DNA from: Pseudomonadota bacterium
GTDB lineage: Bacteria > Pseudomonadota > Gammaproteobacteria > GCA-002705445 > GCA-002716945
Reading direction: 5' to 3'
DNA length: 64,000 bases
Assembly (NCBI GenBank): GCA_036163455.1
Contig: JAYZKL010000018.1
Coordinates: 3,595 to 67,594, forward strand
The translations under genes and the position numbers were made by a program. Positions 38,592 through 49,700 of the stretch are shown here, one piece after another. The notes beneath the pieces are model-generated. The model had not been told where the DNA came from and did not search any database. It saw only the letters and a program-made list of their open reading frames with translations. Every line of letters begins with the position of its first letter. The first letter of the stretch is position 1.

Positions 38592-39767
38592 ATGAATAAA
38601 AGGGTATTAATTGAAACCTTTAATATAGGTATAAAGAATAATCAAAAAGATGCTGTTTGTATGATGCTACCAGAAAAAGCTAGTACAGCTATTGTGCTGA
38701 CAAAAAATAAATTTGCAGCAGCGCCAATTTTACTATCTAAGAAACATATTAAAGAAAGTAGACCGAAATATTTTTTAATCAATTCCGGTAATGCGAATGC
38801 ATGTACAGGGCCTCTAGGTATTTCAAATGCAAAAAAATATATAAAAACAGTATCTAAAAAGTTAAGCTGCAAGGCTAATGAAATATTGATATTTTCAACT
38901 GGTATAGTTGGCAGACAGTTGCCTATAGAAGATATGATTGAAAACATCAATAAAAAGCAATTTAAATTTAGATCATCATGGGATGAGGCAGCCTCCGCTA
39001 TTATGACCACTGATAAATTCAAAAAGATTATAAGAAAGAGTTTTATAATAAAAAATCAGAGAATCAAAGTTAATGCTATATGTAAAGGAGCAGGGATGAT
39101 TGAACCTAATATGGCAACTACGTTATCTTTCATAGAGATTAATGTGAAAATTAATAAAAGCTTATTATTAAAACTTTTAAAGAAAATTACAGAATTTTCA
39201 TTTAATAGAATTTCAGTTGATGGAGATATGTCTACCAATGATAGTTTTGCAATAATTGCTAATGGTGAAAATGATTATATTGATTTTTCTAAAGATAAAA
39301 TCTCATATCAAAACCTGGAAAAAAATCTAATTAATATCTCTCAAACTTTATCAAGAAAGATTATCGAAGATGGTGAAGGATCTACAAAGATTATTGATAT
39401 TAGTATAAATAATGCAAAAAACCATAAAGAAGCAAAAAAAATAGCATTATCATTAGCTAATTCATCTTTAATTAAAACAGCCTTTTATGGATCAGATCCA
39501 AATTGGGGGAGAATATTAGTTAAATTAGGTTCAGTTTATCATGCTACATACAACATAAATAAGATAGTTTTGAAACTAAATGATCAAACAATTTTTAAAA
39601 ATGGTTCGCCGGTTAAAAAGATTAATTATGGTTTATTAAATCAAAAAATGAAAAAAAGAAATATTAAAGTATCTCTAAGTTTGTCATCTGGAAAGGGATG
39701 TTATAACCTTGTAACATCTGATTTAAGTAAAAAGTATGTAGATTTAAACTCTAAATATTCAACATAA
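38592..39767 (+). CDS. argJ: Bifunctional glutamate N-acetyltransferase/amino-acid acetyltransferase
   Basis: Self-cleavage site context PNMATTLSF (ATML-type Thr). Its position after secA follows Pseudomonas-type synteny. Confidence 0.75.
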   Translation: MNKRVLIETFNIGIKNNQKDAVCMMLPEKASTAIVLTKNKFAAAPILLSKKHIKESRPKYFLINSGNANACTGPLGISNAKKYIKTVSKKLSCKANEILIFSTGIVGRQLPIEDMIENINKKQFKFRSSWDEAASAIMTTDKFKKIIRKSFIIKNQRIKVNAICKGAGMIEPNMATTLSFIEINVKINKSLLLKLLKKITEFSFNRISVDGDMSTNDSFAIIANGENDYIDFSKDKISYQNLEKNLINISQTLSRKIIEDGEGSTKIIDISINNAKNHKEAKKIALSLANSSLIKTAFYGSDPNWGRILVKLGSVYHATYNINKIVLKLNDQTIFKNGSPVKKINYGLLNQKMKKRNIKVSLSLSSGKGCYNLVTSDLSKKYVDLNSKYST

Positions 39768-39770
39768 ATA

Positions 39771-40694
39771 ATGAAGGACGTAATTAGTTGCTCAATTGGT
39801 TTAATACAATCTGAGGATTCCAAATTATTGTATATTGAACGCATAAAAAACCCTTATCAAGGTCAATTTGAATTTCCAGGAGGTAAAATTAGAAATAGTG
39901 AGACGCCTAAATCTGCAATTATACGAGAACTTAAAGAAGAATTAGATATAAAAGTAACGAAAACAAGATTTATAGGAAACATTTATCATAATTACCCAGA
40001 ATTTAAAGTTACATTATATGTTTTTTCTATAGATAGTTATGAAGGGGAGATAAAAAGTATTAATCGTGAACTCTGTTATAGAAGTTTATATGAATTAAAA
40101 AATGGCTTTAATGCGATTCAATCATGTATGAAGGTTTTGAAACTAAATTTATTATTACCTAAAATTAAGATTCTAGAGTGTAATCAAGTATTATTGAATA
40201 ATGCAGATTTACCTAAAATAGATAATGATGACATATCTTCTCAAATGATAAGATTAAGAAATCTAAAAGCATCAGAAAATATACAGCCTGATATTCTTAA
40301 TCGTTTTATAAAAAATAACCCTCATAACTACATAATTGATTATCCATGTGAAAAATTTTTTCATGAAAGGTTTGTTGGAATACATTTTAAAAGTAAATAC
40401 TTATCAACATTAAAATCTATTCCCAAAGATACAACTTTATATTCTGCCTCATGCCATAACCTGGAGGAGGTTGAGCATGCAAATCGTTTGGAATTAGATT
40501 ATATCCTGATTTCTCCAGTCCTTCTCGCTAAACATATTCATCAACAAACTCTTGGATGGGATGGATTCAGAAAGTTATCAGAAAAGGCCAATATGCCAAC
40601 TTATGCATTGGGCGGTATATGCTCTAATGACCATGACTACGCATTATCATTAAAGTATGGTGGGTTTGGTATTGCAGGTATAAAAAAATTTTGA
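39771..40694 (+). CDS. Nudix hydrolase (MutT-like) fused to a thiamine-phosphate-synthase-like (ThiE-fold) domain
   Basis: N-terminal Nudix box (GGKIRNSETPKSAIIRELKEELDI). The C-terminal half has a ThiE-like TIM-barrel ending (YALGGI...GGFGIAGI). Confidence 0.6.
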   Translation: MKDVISCSIGLIQSEDSKLLYIERIKNPYQGQFEFPGGKIRNSETPKSAIIRELKEELDIKVTKTRFIGNIYHNYPEFKVTLYVFSIDSYEGEIKSINRELCYRSLYELKNGFNAIQSCMKVLKLNLLLPKIKILECNQVLLNNADLPKIDNDDISSQMIRLRNLKASENIQPDILNRFIKNNPHNYIIDYPCEKFFHERFVGIHFKSKYLSTLKSIPKDTTLYSASCHNLEEVEHANRLELDYILISPVLLAKHIHQQTLGWDGFRKLSEKANMPTYALGGICSNDHDYALSLKYGGFGIAGIKKF

Positions 40695-40702
40695 TGTGGC
40701 AT

Positions 40703-41476
40703 TTACATTGAACAACAAGATAAAAAAAATTCCACATCTAATTTATGAGGAATAAATTTGTTCTCATCATTTTGAGTCATAAACCTTATAGAAAATCTTT
40801 GCTTTCCAACGCTAATTGATGGAAAAAAATAATGATCTGATGTCAGCGCAACACGTATAAGAAGAATATTTTTTTTACTATCAAGTTTGTCAGTAAAAAA
40901 ACCATTTTTTGCAAGCTGATCAACAGGGACTACAGACTTCCTGATTGTTGTAAGTAAAAATTCAACAGATTGGTTAATAAAATTTATGGGTTCTAACCAT
41001 AGGTTAATTTGGTTTTCTCTAGAAAGACTATCTCGTGATAACCAGTAAATTAATGAAGATGGATGAATTGAATTTTTTGAGTATTTTATAATGGTTTGAA
41101 ATAATTCATCTTTATCAAGATAATCAAGATAGTTTGCTTCTATTGAATACAAAAAACTTAGATGACTTTCTTGTTTTTCTAATATAGAATTTAGTTTACT
41201 AGAATCTGTGCCAGGCTTATTACTTTCTCTGATTTTTTTAAAAAAAACATTATGTGATTCAAGATCACGAATGAGTTCTGATTTAAGATCAGCTCTTGTT
41301 AACATTTCATAAAGTTCCGTAAGAGCAACAGCTGATGAATAACTTTCATGCTCAGATTCTTTATCTTTAAGATAATTAATTCTATTAAATAGCATTTCAA
41401 TTCTTAAGAACTTTCTAATTCTTTCATGCACAGGTTCTTCATAAACAGTGACTTGATTATCAGATAGTGTGGACAT
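40703..41476 (-). CDS. zapD: Cell division protein ZapD
   Basis: N-terminus VYEEPVHERIRKFLRIEMLF matches ZapD/YacF (FEHPLNEKMRTWLRIEFL). Adjacent to coaE as in E. coli. Confidence 0.75.
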   Translation of the reverse strand: MSTLSDNQVTVYEEPVHERIRKFLRIEMLFNRINYLKDKESEHESYSSAVALTELYEMLTRADLKSELIRDLESHNVFFKKIRESNKPGTDSSKLNSILEKQESHLSFLYSIEANYLDYLDKDELFQTIIKYSKNSIHPSSLIYWLSRDSLSRENQINLWLEPINFINQSVEFLLTTIRKSVVPVDQLAKNGFFTDKLDSKKNILLIRVALTSDHYFFPSISVGKQRFSIRFMTQNDENKFIPHKLDVEFFLSCCSM

Positions 41477-41477
41477 A

Positions 41478-42065
41478 TTATTTTTTTAAGATTTTAGTTA
41501 AGTATAATTTCTCAAATTTATTTTTCAAACTACTCATTGTATCATTGTTAACAAGTATATAATTAGATTTATTTATATAAAAACTTCTATTTTTCTGGAT
41601 TTTATCTAATTTGGTAAAGTCTTTTTTTGATATTTTTCTACTTTTAAGAGATCGGTTCATTCTTTTATAATATGTACTATCAATAGTTATTATTTTGAAT
41701 GGAGCAGTTATATTTTTTGCAGTCTCAATTAAAGGTAATTCAAGTACAGCTTTTAAATTTTTTAACTTATTTAGTTTTGAGTTTATATATAAAAAGAATA
41801 TTGGATGTATAGTTTTATTAATATACTCTCTATTTTTATTTGATGTTAGAAACTTTTCTTTTACTTTTTTTATAGAAATCTTATTTTTAGATAAAATATC
41901 TTTATCAAAAAATTTTACAAGCTTGGTTTTTATTGTATTATTTGTCCTTAATAATTTTTTAGCTATGTTATCAGAATCAAAATAATGGAAACCCTTTTTT
42001 TTCAATAATTTTGATACAGTTGATTTCCCTGATCCTATTAATCCAGAAACAATAAATAGTTGCAT
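41478..42065 (-). CDS. coaE: Dephospho-CoA kinase
   Basis: P-loop GLIGSGKST at the N-terminus. Synteny with zapD. Confidence 0.8.
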   Translation of the reverse strand: MQLFIVSGLIGSGKSTVSKLLKKKGFHYFDSDNIAKKLLRTNNTIKTKLVKFFDKDILSKNKISIKKVKEKFLTSNKNREYINKTIHPIFFLYINSKLNKLKNLKAVLELPLIETAKNITAPFKIITIDSTYYKRMNRSLKSRKISKKDFTKLDKIQKNRSFYINKSNYILVNNDTMSSLKNKFEKLYLTKILKK

Positions 42066-42155
42066 AGTATTATTTTAAAAATATAGTTAAGATGATTCCA
42101 ATCATCATTATGAAGAAAAGTGTTAATAGTAGAGGAGTTCTATTCATTTAATTAT

Positions 42156-42356
42156 TTATCTGAAATTTTTGCATTTATTTTTATCTATATTTTTTGTTTT
42201 ACATATCTCTTCTTCTGGCATGTATGTGTCACAATCCTCACAATACGATATATTTTTTTTAGATTTTTGACTTAATTTCGTGTTTTTTTTCATTAATGAT
42301 TTTATAATCAAATAAAGCAATACCAATATTACTATTATTATGAAAATACGCAGCAT
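42156..42356 (-). CDS. Hypothetical small membrane protein with a C-terminal Cys-rich (CxxC...C...C) segment
   Basis: 66 aa with an N-terminal TM helix (IFIIIVILVLLYLII) followed by CEDC-x9-C-x9-C. No family recognised. Confidence 0.35.
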   Translation of the reverse strand: MLRIFIIIVILVLLYLIIKSLMKKNTKLSQKSKKNISYCEDCDTYMPEEEICKTKNIDKNKCKNFR

Positions 42357-42438
42357 AAATATGTTACTTCAATTAATGTCAGTATATTATAAACGATATA
42401 TATGTCTAAAAAAATAAAATTCTTGTTCACTAATTAAT

Positions 42439-43185
42439 ATGAATAATAGAGAGAAAATTGACTTTATAACCAATTGGATAATGGATTATGCATCAAATAT
42501 GCAGAACCCTGCCAAAACCTTGGTAGTTGGAGTATCAGGCGGAATAGACTCAGCTCTAACAAGCTCCTTATGTGCATTAACAGGTATACACACCATCGCC
42601 GTTAGAATGCCAATCATCAATAGTTGCGAAATAGGTAGTATTAAACATTGTGATTGGTTAAAAAAAAGTTTTAATAATGTAGAGGTCCATGAAATTGATT
42701 TGACTAATATATTTGAGAAATTTTCTAATATCACTAAAAAAATAAAATTTGAAAGTGAACTGGGTTATGCTAATTCAAAATCAAGATTTAGAATGATAAC
42801 TTTGTATCAAATAGCATCTTCAACTAATGGCTTAGTCGTTGGAACTGGAAATAAAGTAGAAGATTTTGGTGTTGGTTTTTTTACAAAATATGGAGATGGA
42901 GGAGTTGATATATCTCCAATTGCTGATCTAACGAAGTCACAAGTAAAAGAATTAGCTACTGAACTTAATATTTCTGATGAAATTCTTGATGCTGAACCAA
43001 CAGATGGATTATGGGACGATGGAAGAACTGATGAGGAACAGTTAGGGTTAACGTATCAACAAATAGAAGATGCAATGATTAATAAAGATAGCAAATACAA
43101 AAAAATGTATGAAGACATAAGGAAGAAAAGTTTACATAAAATGAAACCAATACCAGTTTGCATTATTAACGATAAAGATAAATAA
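42439..43185 (+). CDS. nadE: NH3-dependent NAD+ synthetase
   Basis: PP-loop VVGVSGGIDSA and the size of single-domain NadE. Confidence 0.8.
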   Translation: MNNREKIDFITNWIMDYASNMQNPAKTLVVGVSGGIDSALTSSLCALTGIHTIAVRMPIINSCEIGSIKHCDWLKKSFNNVEVHEIDLTNIFEKFSNITKKIKFESELGYANSKSRFRMITLYQIASSTNGLVVGTGNKVEDFGVGFFTKYGDGGVDISPIADLTKSQVKELATELNISDEILDAEPTDGLWDDGRTDEEQLGLTYQQIEDAMINKDSKYKKMYEDIRKKSLHKMKPIPVCIINDKDK

Positions 43186-43216
43186 TTATTTAAAATAATT
43201 TAAAAGTTATAAATGT

Positions 43217-44095
43217 TTAATCTAAGAAAGGTATAAAATCATACCAAGATCCGTCTGATTCATCAGTTGTTTGTATTTTTGTTTCTGGCACAGGAATATC
43301 TTTCTTAATTTTTATAGGTTCTTTTATATCTGATTGAACAATCTTATAATTTGGATAATTTTTTATTAAAACCCTGCTACTATCATAAGCTAAATCATAA
43401 ATTCCTAAATCATTATAGCTATCAACTAACAAAACTAGAGCTTCTTCTGTACTAGGTGTACCGCCAAAATTTTCTAACATATATTTTATTCTCTCTATTG
43501 CTGCAACATGAGCTAGTCTCTTACGATAATATTTTGCTATGTATAATTCATTAGAGGCCATTTTATTTTTTAAATATAATAAGCGATTTCTAGAATCTTT
43601 AACATATTTACTCTTTGGAAATTTATTTATGATTAATGAGAAATCTTCAAAAGAATCCCTTAGGGATGTTATATCGTATCTAGATGTATCAGCCCCAAAA
43701 AACCTTGAAAATATATTTGCGCTTTTTTCAAAATTTGCTAAAGCACGTAAATAGTAAGCATAATCAACATTAGGATGGTTAGGGTATAGTCTAATAAATC
43801 TATTACAATGAACTATTGCTTCATCTTTATTCTCAAATTCATAGTGTGCATATGCAAGATCAAGCATAGACTGAGTTGCATAAATTCCAAACGGATATCT
43901 TGACTCTAGTACTTCAAAATATTTTATTGCATTAACAAAGTCTGCAGCATTTAAGAATGCTTTGCCTTCATTATATATTTGTGCAGGAGATAAATTTTTT
44001 GTTTTATCTTGCTCCCTGACCAGGTCATTCCAATAAGTACAACTATTAATTGTAACTAGAAGTAAAATATAGATAAAAAGTGCTCTTAGATTCAT
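43217..44095 (-). CDS. bamD: Outer membrane protein assembly factor BamD (lipoprotein)
   Basis: Lipobox (VTINSC), TPR repeats, divergent from rluD as in E. coli. Confidence 0.8.
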   Translation of the reverse strand: MNLRALFIYILLLVTINSCTYWNDLVREQDKTKNLSPAQIYNEGKAFLNAADFVNAIKYFEVLESRYPFGIYATQSMLDLAYAHYEFENKDEAIVHCNRFIRLYPNHPNVDYAYYLRALANFEKSANIFSRFFGADTSRYDITSLRDSFEDFSLIINKFPKSKYVKDSRNRLLYLKNKMASNELYIAKYYRKRLAHVAAIERIKYMLENFGGTPSTEEALVLLVDSYNDLGIYDLAYDSSRVLIKNYPNYKIVQSDIKEPIKIKKDIPVPETKIQTTDESDGSWYDFIPFLD

Positions 44096-44134
44096 TTTTT
44101 TTACTATAAAATTAGATTAGATTAATATTATAAC

Positions 44135-45079
44135 ATGAAAAATACAAGTTTTTATAAAATTGAAATAGAACCAGATAAGAATAGAAGGATAGACCAATTA
44201 ATAGCTGCTGAGCTTCCAGAATATTCAAGGTCTAGAATTAAATCCTGGATAAATAATCAAAATATTACGATAAATGGAAAAGCATGTTCCCCAAAGGATA
44301 AGATTTCCAAAAAATCTACTATTGAGATCAAAATTTTAGAAAATGAAGAATTAGACATTAAACCACAAAAAATTAATTTAGATATACAATATGAAGATAA
44401 GGATTTATTAATAATCAATAAAAAATCTGGAATGGTGACTCATACTGCTCCTGGCCATTATGAATCGACATTACAGAATGCATTACTTTACCACTATCCA
44501 GATTTACGAAAAGTACCAAGAGCAGGAATAATTCATAGGCTAGATAAAAATACATCTGGATTAATTATAATTGCAAGAAATTTAATTTCTCACAATCTCT
44601 TAGTAAAGAAGATGAAAGATAAATTAATTAAAAAAAAATATATTGCTTTTGTAACAGGATTGGTTGAAAAGAACCAAATTATCAATAATAAAATTGGAAG
44701 ACATAGAATAAATAGACTAAAAATGGCTATTTCAAATTCAGGGAAAGAAGCAATATCAAAAATTAAAGTTTTAGAAAAATTTGAGAGATCATCATTTTTA
44801 GATATTGAATTAATCACTGGCAGAACACACCAAATTAGGGTTCATTTGTCATCTTTAGGACATCCAATTTTTGGTGATGACTTATATGGTTTTAAAAAAA
44901 ATATGCATAAATATAATAAAAAACTTATAAATTTTCTAGATTCATACCCATATCATGCATTACATGCCTATTATTTATGTTTTAATCATCCGATAACCAA
45001 AAAAAAAGTTATAATTAATTCTAAAACACCTGAAACATTTGATACCATTAAATCATTACTATTAAATAATTATGGCTAA
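44135..45079 (+). CDS. rluD: 23S rRNA pseudouridine(1911/1915/1917) synthase
   Basis: S4 domain at the N-terminus and HRLDKNTSGLII catalytic Asp motif. Confidence 0.85.
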   Translation: MKNTSFYKIEIEPDKNRRIDQLIAAELPEYSRSRIKSWINNQNITINGKACSPKDKISKKSTIEIKILENEELDIKPQKINLDIQYEDKDLLIINKKSGMVTHTAPGHYESTLQNALLYHYPDLRKVPRAGIIHRLDKNTSGLIIIARNLISHNLLVKKMKDKLIKKKYIAFVTGLVEKNQIINNKIGRHRINRLKMAISNSGKEAISKIKVLEKFERSSFLDIELITGRTHQIRVHLSSLGHPIFGDDLYGFKKNMHKYNKKLINFLDSYPYHALHAYYLCFNHPITKKKVIINSKTPETFDTIKSLLLNNYG

Positions 45080-45800
45080 AGTAGAAACTAAAGAAATTTT
45101 GTGGAATGCTCCTGAAAATATAAAAGCATTTATCACAACTCGTATAGGTGGTTATAGTAAGGACAGATATGCATCTTCTAATATGAGCCTAGATGTTGGT
45201 GACCTGAAGTCTTCTGTTTTAAAAAACAGAGAAGATATTCACAGGTCTTTACAATTACCTTCTGAGCCATCATGGATGAAACAAATTCATGGCACTACTA
45301 TTCAGTATTTAAAGTCACCAAGAAAGAATATAATTTGTGATGGTTCTTACACTGATCAACAGGGAGTAGTGTGCGCTGTTTTATCGGCTGATTGTTTGCC
45401 AATCATGATGTGTGATAGGTTTGGAAAAAAAGTTGGTGTACTTCATGTTGGATGGAGAGGTCTTGATAAGGATTTGATACAAAAATTTATAAAAAGATTT
45501 AAAGTTGAACCTGAAGATTTGTGTGTGTGGATTGGGCCGTCGATTAGTCCACATAATTATATAGTTAGAGAAGATGTATATTCAAAGTTAAAAAAGATTT
45601 CTACAAAAGTATTTAAAAGAGTTGATGATTCACATTGGTCTTTGAATTTATCATTAGCTGCTCAAATAATCTTTCGTGATGCAAGAATTCATAATATATT
45701 TGTTGAGAGGTTATGTACATACGAAAGCTCAAACTTATATTATTCATTTAGGAGAGAGAATGTCACAGGAAGAATGGTCTCCTTAATATGGAAAATATAG
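45072..45800 (+). CDS. pgeF: Peptidoglycan editing factor/purine nucleoside phosphorylase YfiH family
   Basis: DUF152 motifs (QIHG, ADCLPI, HVGWRG). Follows rluD as in E. coli. Confidence 0.8.
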   Translation: MAKVETKEILWNAPENIKAFITTRIGGYSKDRYASSNMSLDVGDLKSSVLKNREDIHRSLQLPSEPSWMKQIHGTTIQYLKSPRKNIICDGSYTDQQGVVCAVLSADCLPIMMCDRFGKKVGVLHVGWRGLDKDLIQKFIKRFKVEPEDLCVWIGPSISPHNYIVREDVYSKLKKISTKVFKRVDDSHWSLNLSLAAQIIFRDARIHNIFVERLCTYESSNLYYSFRRENVTGRMVSLIWKI

Positions 45801-45803
45801 AAA

Positions 45804-46718
45804 ATGTTAACTAAAATAAAGTCTACATTGTCAAATGCTCAACCAATGCATTTTTTAATAGCTTTTTTAATACTAGGGCTATCTTATGGATCAATTAGTC
45901 TTTATATGAAGATTACAAAGTTTTCTGCTCTTGCAAATAAAACAAGAATTACTGCAGTCAAAATAAACCATATTAAGCTTGGAACTGCAAAAAAAATTTA
46001 TCAGACTATATCAACTATAGAAGCTCTACAATCAGTTGAAATAACATCTAAGGTTAATGGCATTGTGGAAAAAATTAACTTTATTGAAGGGAGCGAAATA
46101 AGTAGAGGAGATAAAATATTTTCAATATTATCCTCTGACACTGCTGGAAGGATAGAAATACATGCTCCATTCAATGGAAAACTTGGTCTAAGCAATGTCA
46201 ATATAGGCGATCAAGTTTCAAGAAATCAAGTTTTAACAACTCTTGATAATTCTTCACAAATGAAAATAAAATTTGATTTACCAGAAAATAATTTAACTTT
46301 TATAAAAAAAAATCTTTCTTTTGAAGCAACATCAGAAGTTATTAAGGAAAAAGTATTTCATGGGAAAATTGATTATATTGACTCAAGAATTGATGAGCAA
46401 TCAAGAACTATAAGGGTATATGCAATTTTAAATAATCAAAATAATATTTTAAAACCTGGATTATTCATGAAAATAAAATTAATTCTACAAGAAAAACAGA
46501 ATGCTTTTTTAATACCAGAAGAAGCATTGCTTAGTATTAATAAAAAGCACTATGTATATGTTGCAAATAAAGATAATGCTAAAATTAGAGAAGTATCTGT
46601 TGGAATAAGAATGAATGAATTAATAGAGATAAAAAAAGGGTTAGATATTAATGATAGAATAATTGTCCTTGGTCATGAAAAACTTAAAGATGGCTCTAAG
46701 ATAAAAATCTTAAATTAA
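45804..46718 (+). CDS. Efflux RND transporter periplasmic adaptor (membrane fusion protein)
   Basis: Single N-terminal TM helix, HlyD/AcrA-like beta-barrel and lipoyl segments. Directly upstream of an RND permease. Confidence 0.7.
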   Translation: MLTKIKSTLSNAQPMHFLIAFLILGLSYGSISLYMKITKFSALANKTRITAVKINHIKLGTAKKIYQTISTIEALQSVEITSKVNGIVEKINFIEGSEISRGDKIFSILSSDTAGRIEIHAPFNGKLGLSNVNIGDQVSRNQVLTTLDNSSQMKIKFDLPENNLTFIKKNLSFEATSEVIKEKVFHGKIDYIDSRIDEQSRTIRVYAILNNQNNILKPGLFMKIKLILQEKQNAFLIPEEALLSINKKHYVYVANKDNAKIREVSVGIRMNELIEIKKGLDINDRIIVLGHEKLKDGSKIKILN

Positions 46719-46723
46719 ATAAA

Positions 46724-49700
46724 ATGCATATTTCTGAACTTTCCATTAAGAGACCAGTTTTAGCTATAGTTATAAGTTTATTTTTGATTTTAATTGGTTT
46801 AGCTTCATATGATAAATTAACTATTAGAGAATACCCTGATATTGATAATCCTGTTGTATCTGTTACAACTATTTATCGAGGGGCCTCCTCTGAAATTATA
46901 GAGAGAGATGTTACACAAATTATTGAAGAGTCTATTTCTGGTATATCAGATATTAGAGAAATTTCATCTCAGAGCAAAGATGAGACATCAACTATTAGAA
47001 TAGAATTTAATCTTGGTAGGGACATGGATGATGCTACTAACGATGTCAGAGACAAAGTTGCTAGGGTAGCTTCTAAATTACCAGAAAATTCAGATCAACC
47101 AACTGTATCTAAATCTGATTCAGATGCTCGTCAAGCAGTTATGTGGGTTGGGTTTACCAGCGACCAACTTGATAGTATAGAATTAAATGACTACTTAGAA
47201 AGAAATATTATTGATCGTCTATCAATTGTATCTGGTGTTGCTTCAATTATAGTTGGAGGGGAACGCAAATATGCTATAAGGATTTGGTTGGATCCAGATA
47301 AAATGTCAGCTAGACAAGTCACCGTGAGTGACATACTTTCCTCTATTTCACAAGAAAATGTAGAAAGGCCTGCTGGTAAAGTTAAGTCCAGTCTCAGAGA
47401 AATGAACGTGCAAGTTGATTCAAAACTAAAAAATCTAGATATGTTTAAACAACTAGTTATTAAAGACTATGGTGATAGAAAAGTAAGATTAGAAGATATT
47501 TCTGATATAGAGATTGGAGCAGAAAGTAGAAGGGGTTTTTTAAGAGCAAACAATAAAAATGCTATAGGGCTTGGAATAGTCAGGCAAACTAAATCTAATG
47601 TGCTTCAGGTAACTAATCTAGTTAAAAAAGAACTTGAAGAGATACAGGAATCTCTTCCTGAAAATATTAATATGAGTATAGGCTATGACCAGTCTATTTT
47701 TATTGATGAATCAATATCAGAAGTCCAGTTAGCTTTATTTATTTCTATGATAATGGTAATTGCTGTAATTTACTTTTTTTTATTTTCACCTGTTGCAACA
47801 ATTATACCTGCTATTACCATTCCTGTTTCAATTATATCAACATTTTCAATAATACATTTTTTTGGGTTCTCATTAAATGTTTTGACTTTTCTTGCTCTTG
47901 TGCTTGCAATAGGGCTAATAGTAGATGACTCAATTGTTGTTTTAGAAAACATAAAACGGAGGATAGAAAATGGAGAAGAGTCATATCAAGCATCAGTTAA
48001 TGGAGCTAAACAAATTACATTTGTTGTGATTGCAACAACAGTTGTTTTAGTTAGTGTTTTTTTACCACTATCATTTATGGGAGGTAAAACAGGAAGATTA
48101 TTTATTGAATTTGGAGTTGTTTTATCATTTGCTGTTATTTTCTCTAGCTTGATAGCTTTGACGCTTACTCCAATGCTATGTTCTAAAATTATGAAACATG
48201 ACCGTCAAGAAAAAAGCGAACCAAAACTATTAATAAAATTTAAGAAATTTTATGAAGAATCATTAAGTTTTTCTCAAAACAATGTTAAGTATGTTTATAT
48301 ATTTTCAGCTGCAGTTGTTTTAATTTCAGTAATTTTATTTCAATTTATTTCAAAAGAATTAGCTCCTACTGAAGACAGAGGTATATTTATTATATCTGTT
48401 CAGGGGCCTGAAGGGGCAACATTAAAATATACAGATAAAATTGTTAAGGAAGTAGAAAAAGAGTTACAGACATATGTTGACAATAATGAGATTAAAACAT
48501 TATTCTCTATAGTTGCTCCTGGATTTACAGGGCAAGCAGGAGCTTCAAATTCTGCATTCTTATTTGCATCACTTCAACCATGGGATATTAGAGATCGACA
48601 TCAGAAAACTATCGTAAGAGAAATCTTCCCTAAACTAATTTCTATGCCAGGTGCACGTATTTTTACAATTAATCCTCCTAGCCTTGGACAAAACCCTTTC
48701 AGATCGCAGGTTCAATTAGTTATCAGTGGTGATAATTATGAAGATGTTGGGCAATGGGGGAACGCCTTGAAAAATGAAGCTTCTATCTTAAATTTGAGAG
48801 CTCCAAATATTGACTATACAGTTAATAATCCTAGGTTAAATTTAAAAATTAATAGAGAAAAAGCATCTGAGCTTGGCATAACAGCTGAACAATTAACAAA
48901 AACAATTGAGACTTTATTTGCTTCTAATAGAATTACTACTTTTTCTGATAGGGGTTTAACTTATAATGTGGTACTACAAGCTAAAAAAGATTTTAGAATA
49001 AATAAGAATAGTTTTGATAATGTATTTCTAAAATCTCCAAAATTTAATAAATTAATCCCATTATCAAACTTTGTTTCCTTTGAAGAAACTTCTGTAAGTA
49101 AAGAATTAAAAAGAATAAATAGAATGCCATCAACAATACTATCAGCATCGTTGATACCTGGATATCCTCTTGGGGATGCTTTGGATGATATAACCAGTCT
49201 TTCAGAAGAGGTGCTACCGATTAATGCGAGACTGTCTTATACTGGAGCATCTAGAGAATTCTTTGAATCTGGAAATAAACTAGAGTTAACAATATTATTT
49301 GCAATTTTAGTTGTTTATCTAGTGTTAGCAGCACAGTTTGAAAGTTTTAGATACCCTCTTACAATAATGTTGTCAGTACCAATTGCTATGACAGCTGGTG
49401 TCTATACGCTTTTCGTTACGGGGGCATCACTTAATGTTTATAGTCAGATTGGTTTTTTAATGCTCATAGGTTTAATTACTAAAAATGGTATCTTAGTTGT
49501 TGAATTTGCCAATAAATTGCGAGAAGACGGGCTGAATGCTGAAGACGCTATATATAAATCATCTTTAATAAGATTGAGACCTGTTTTAATGACAACAATA
49601 TCTACTATGTTTGGAGCAATACCACTAGTCTTAAGCAGTGGCGCTGGAGCAGAAAGCAGATATTCAATGGCAGCTGTTGTTTTTGGAGGAATAACTCTTT

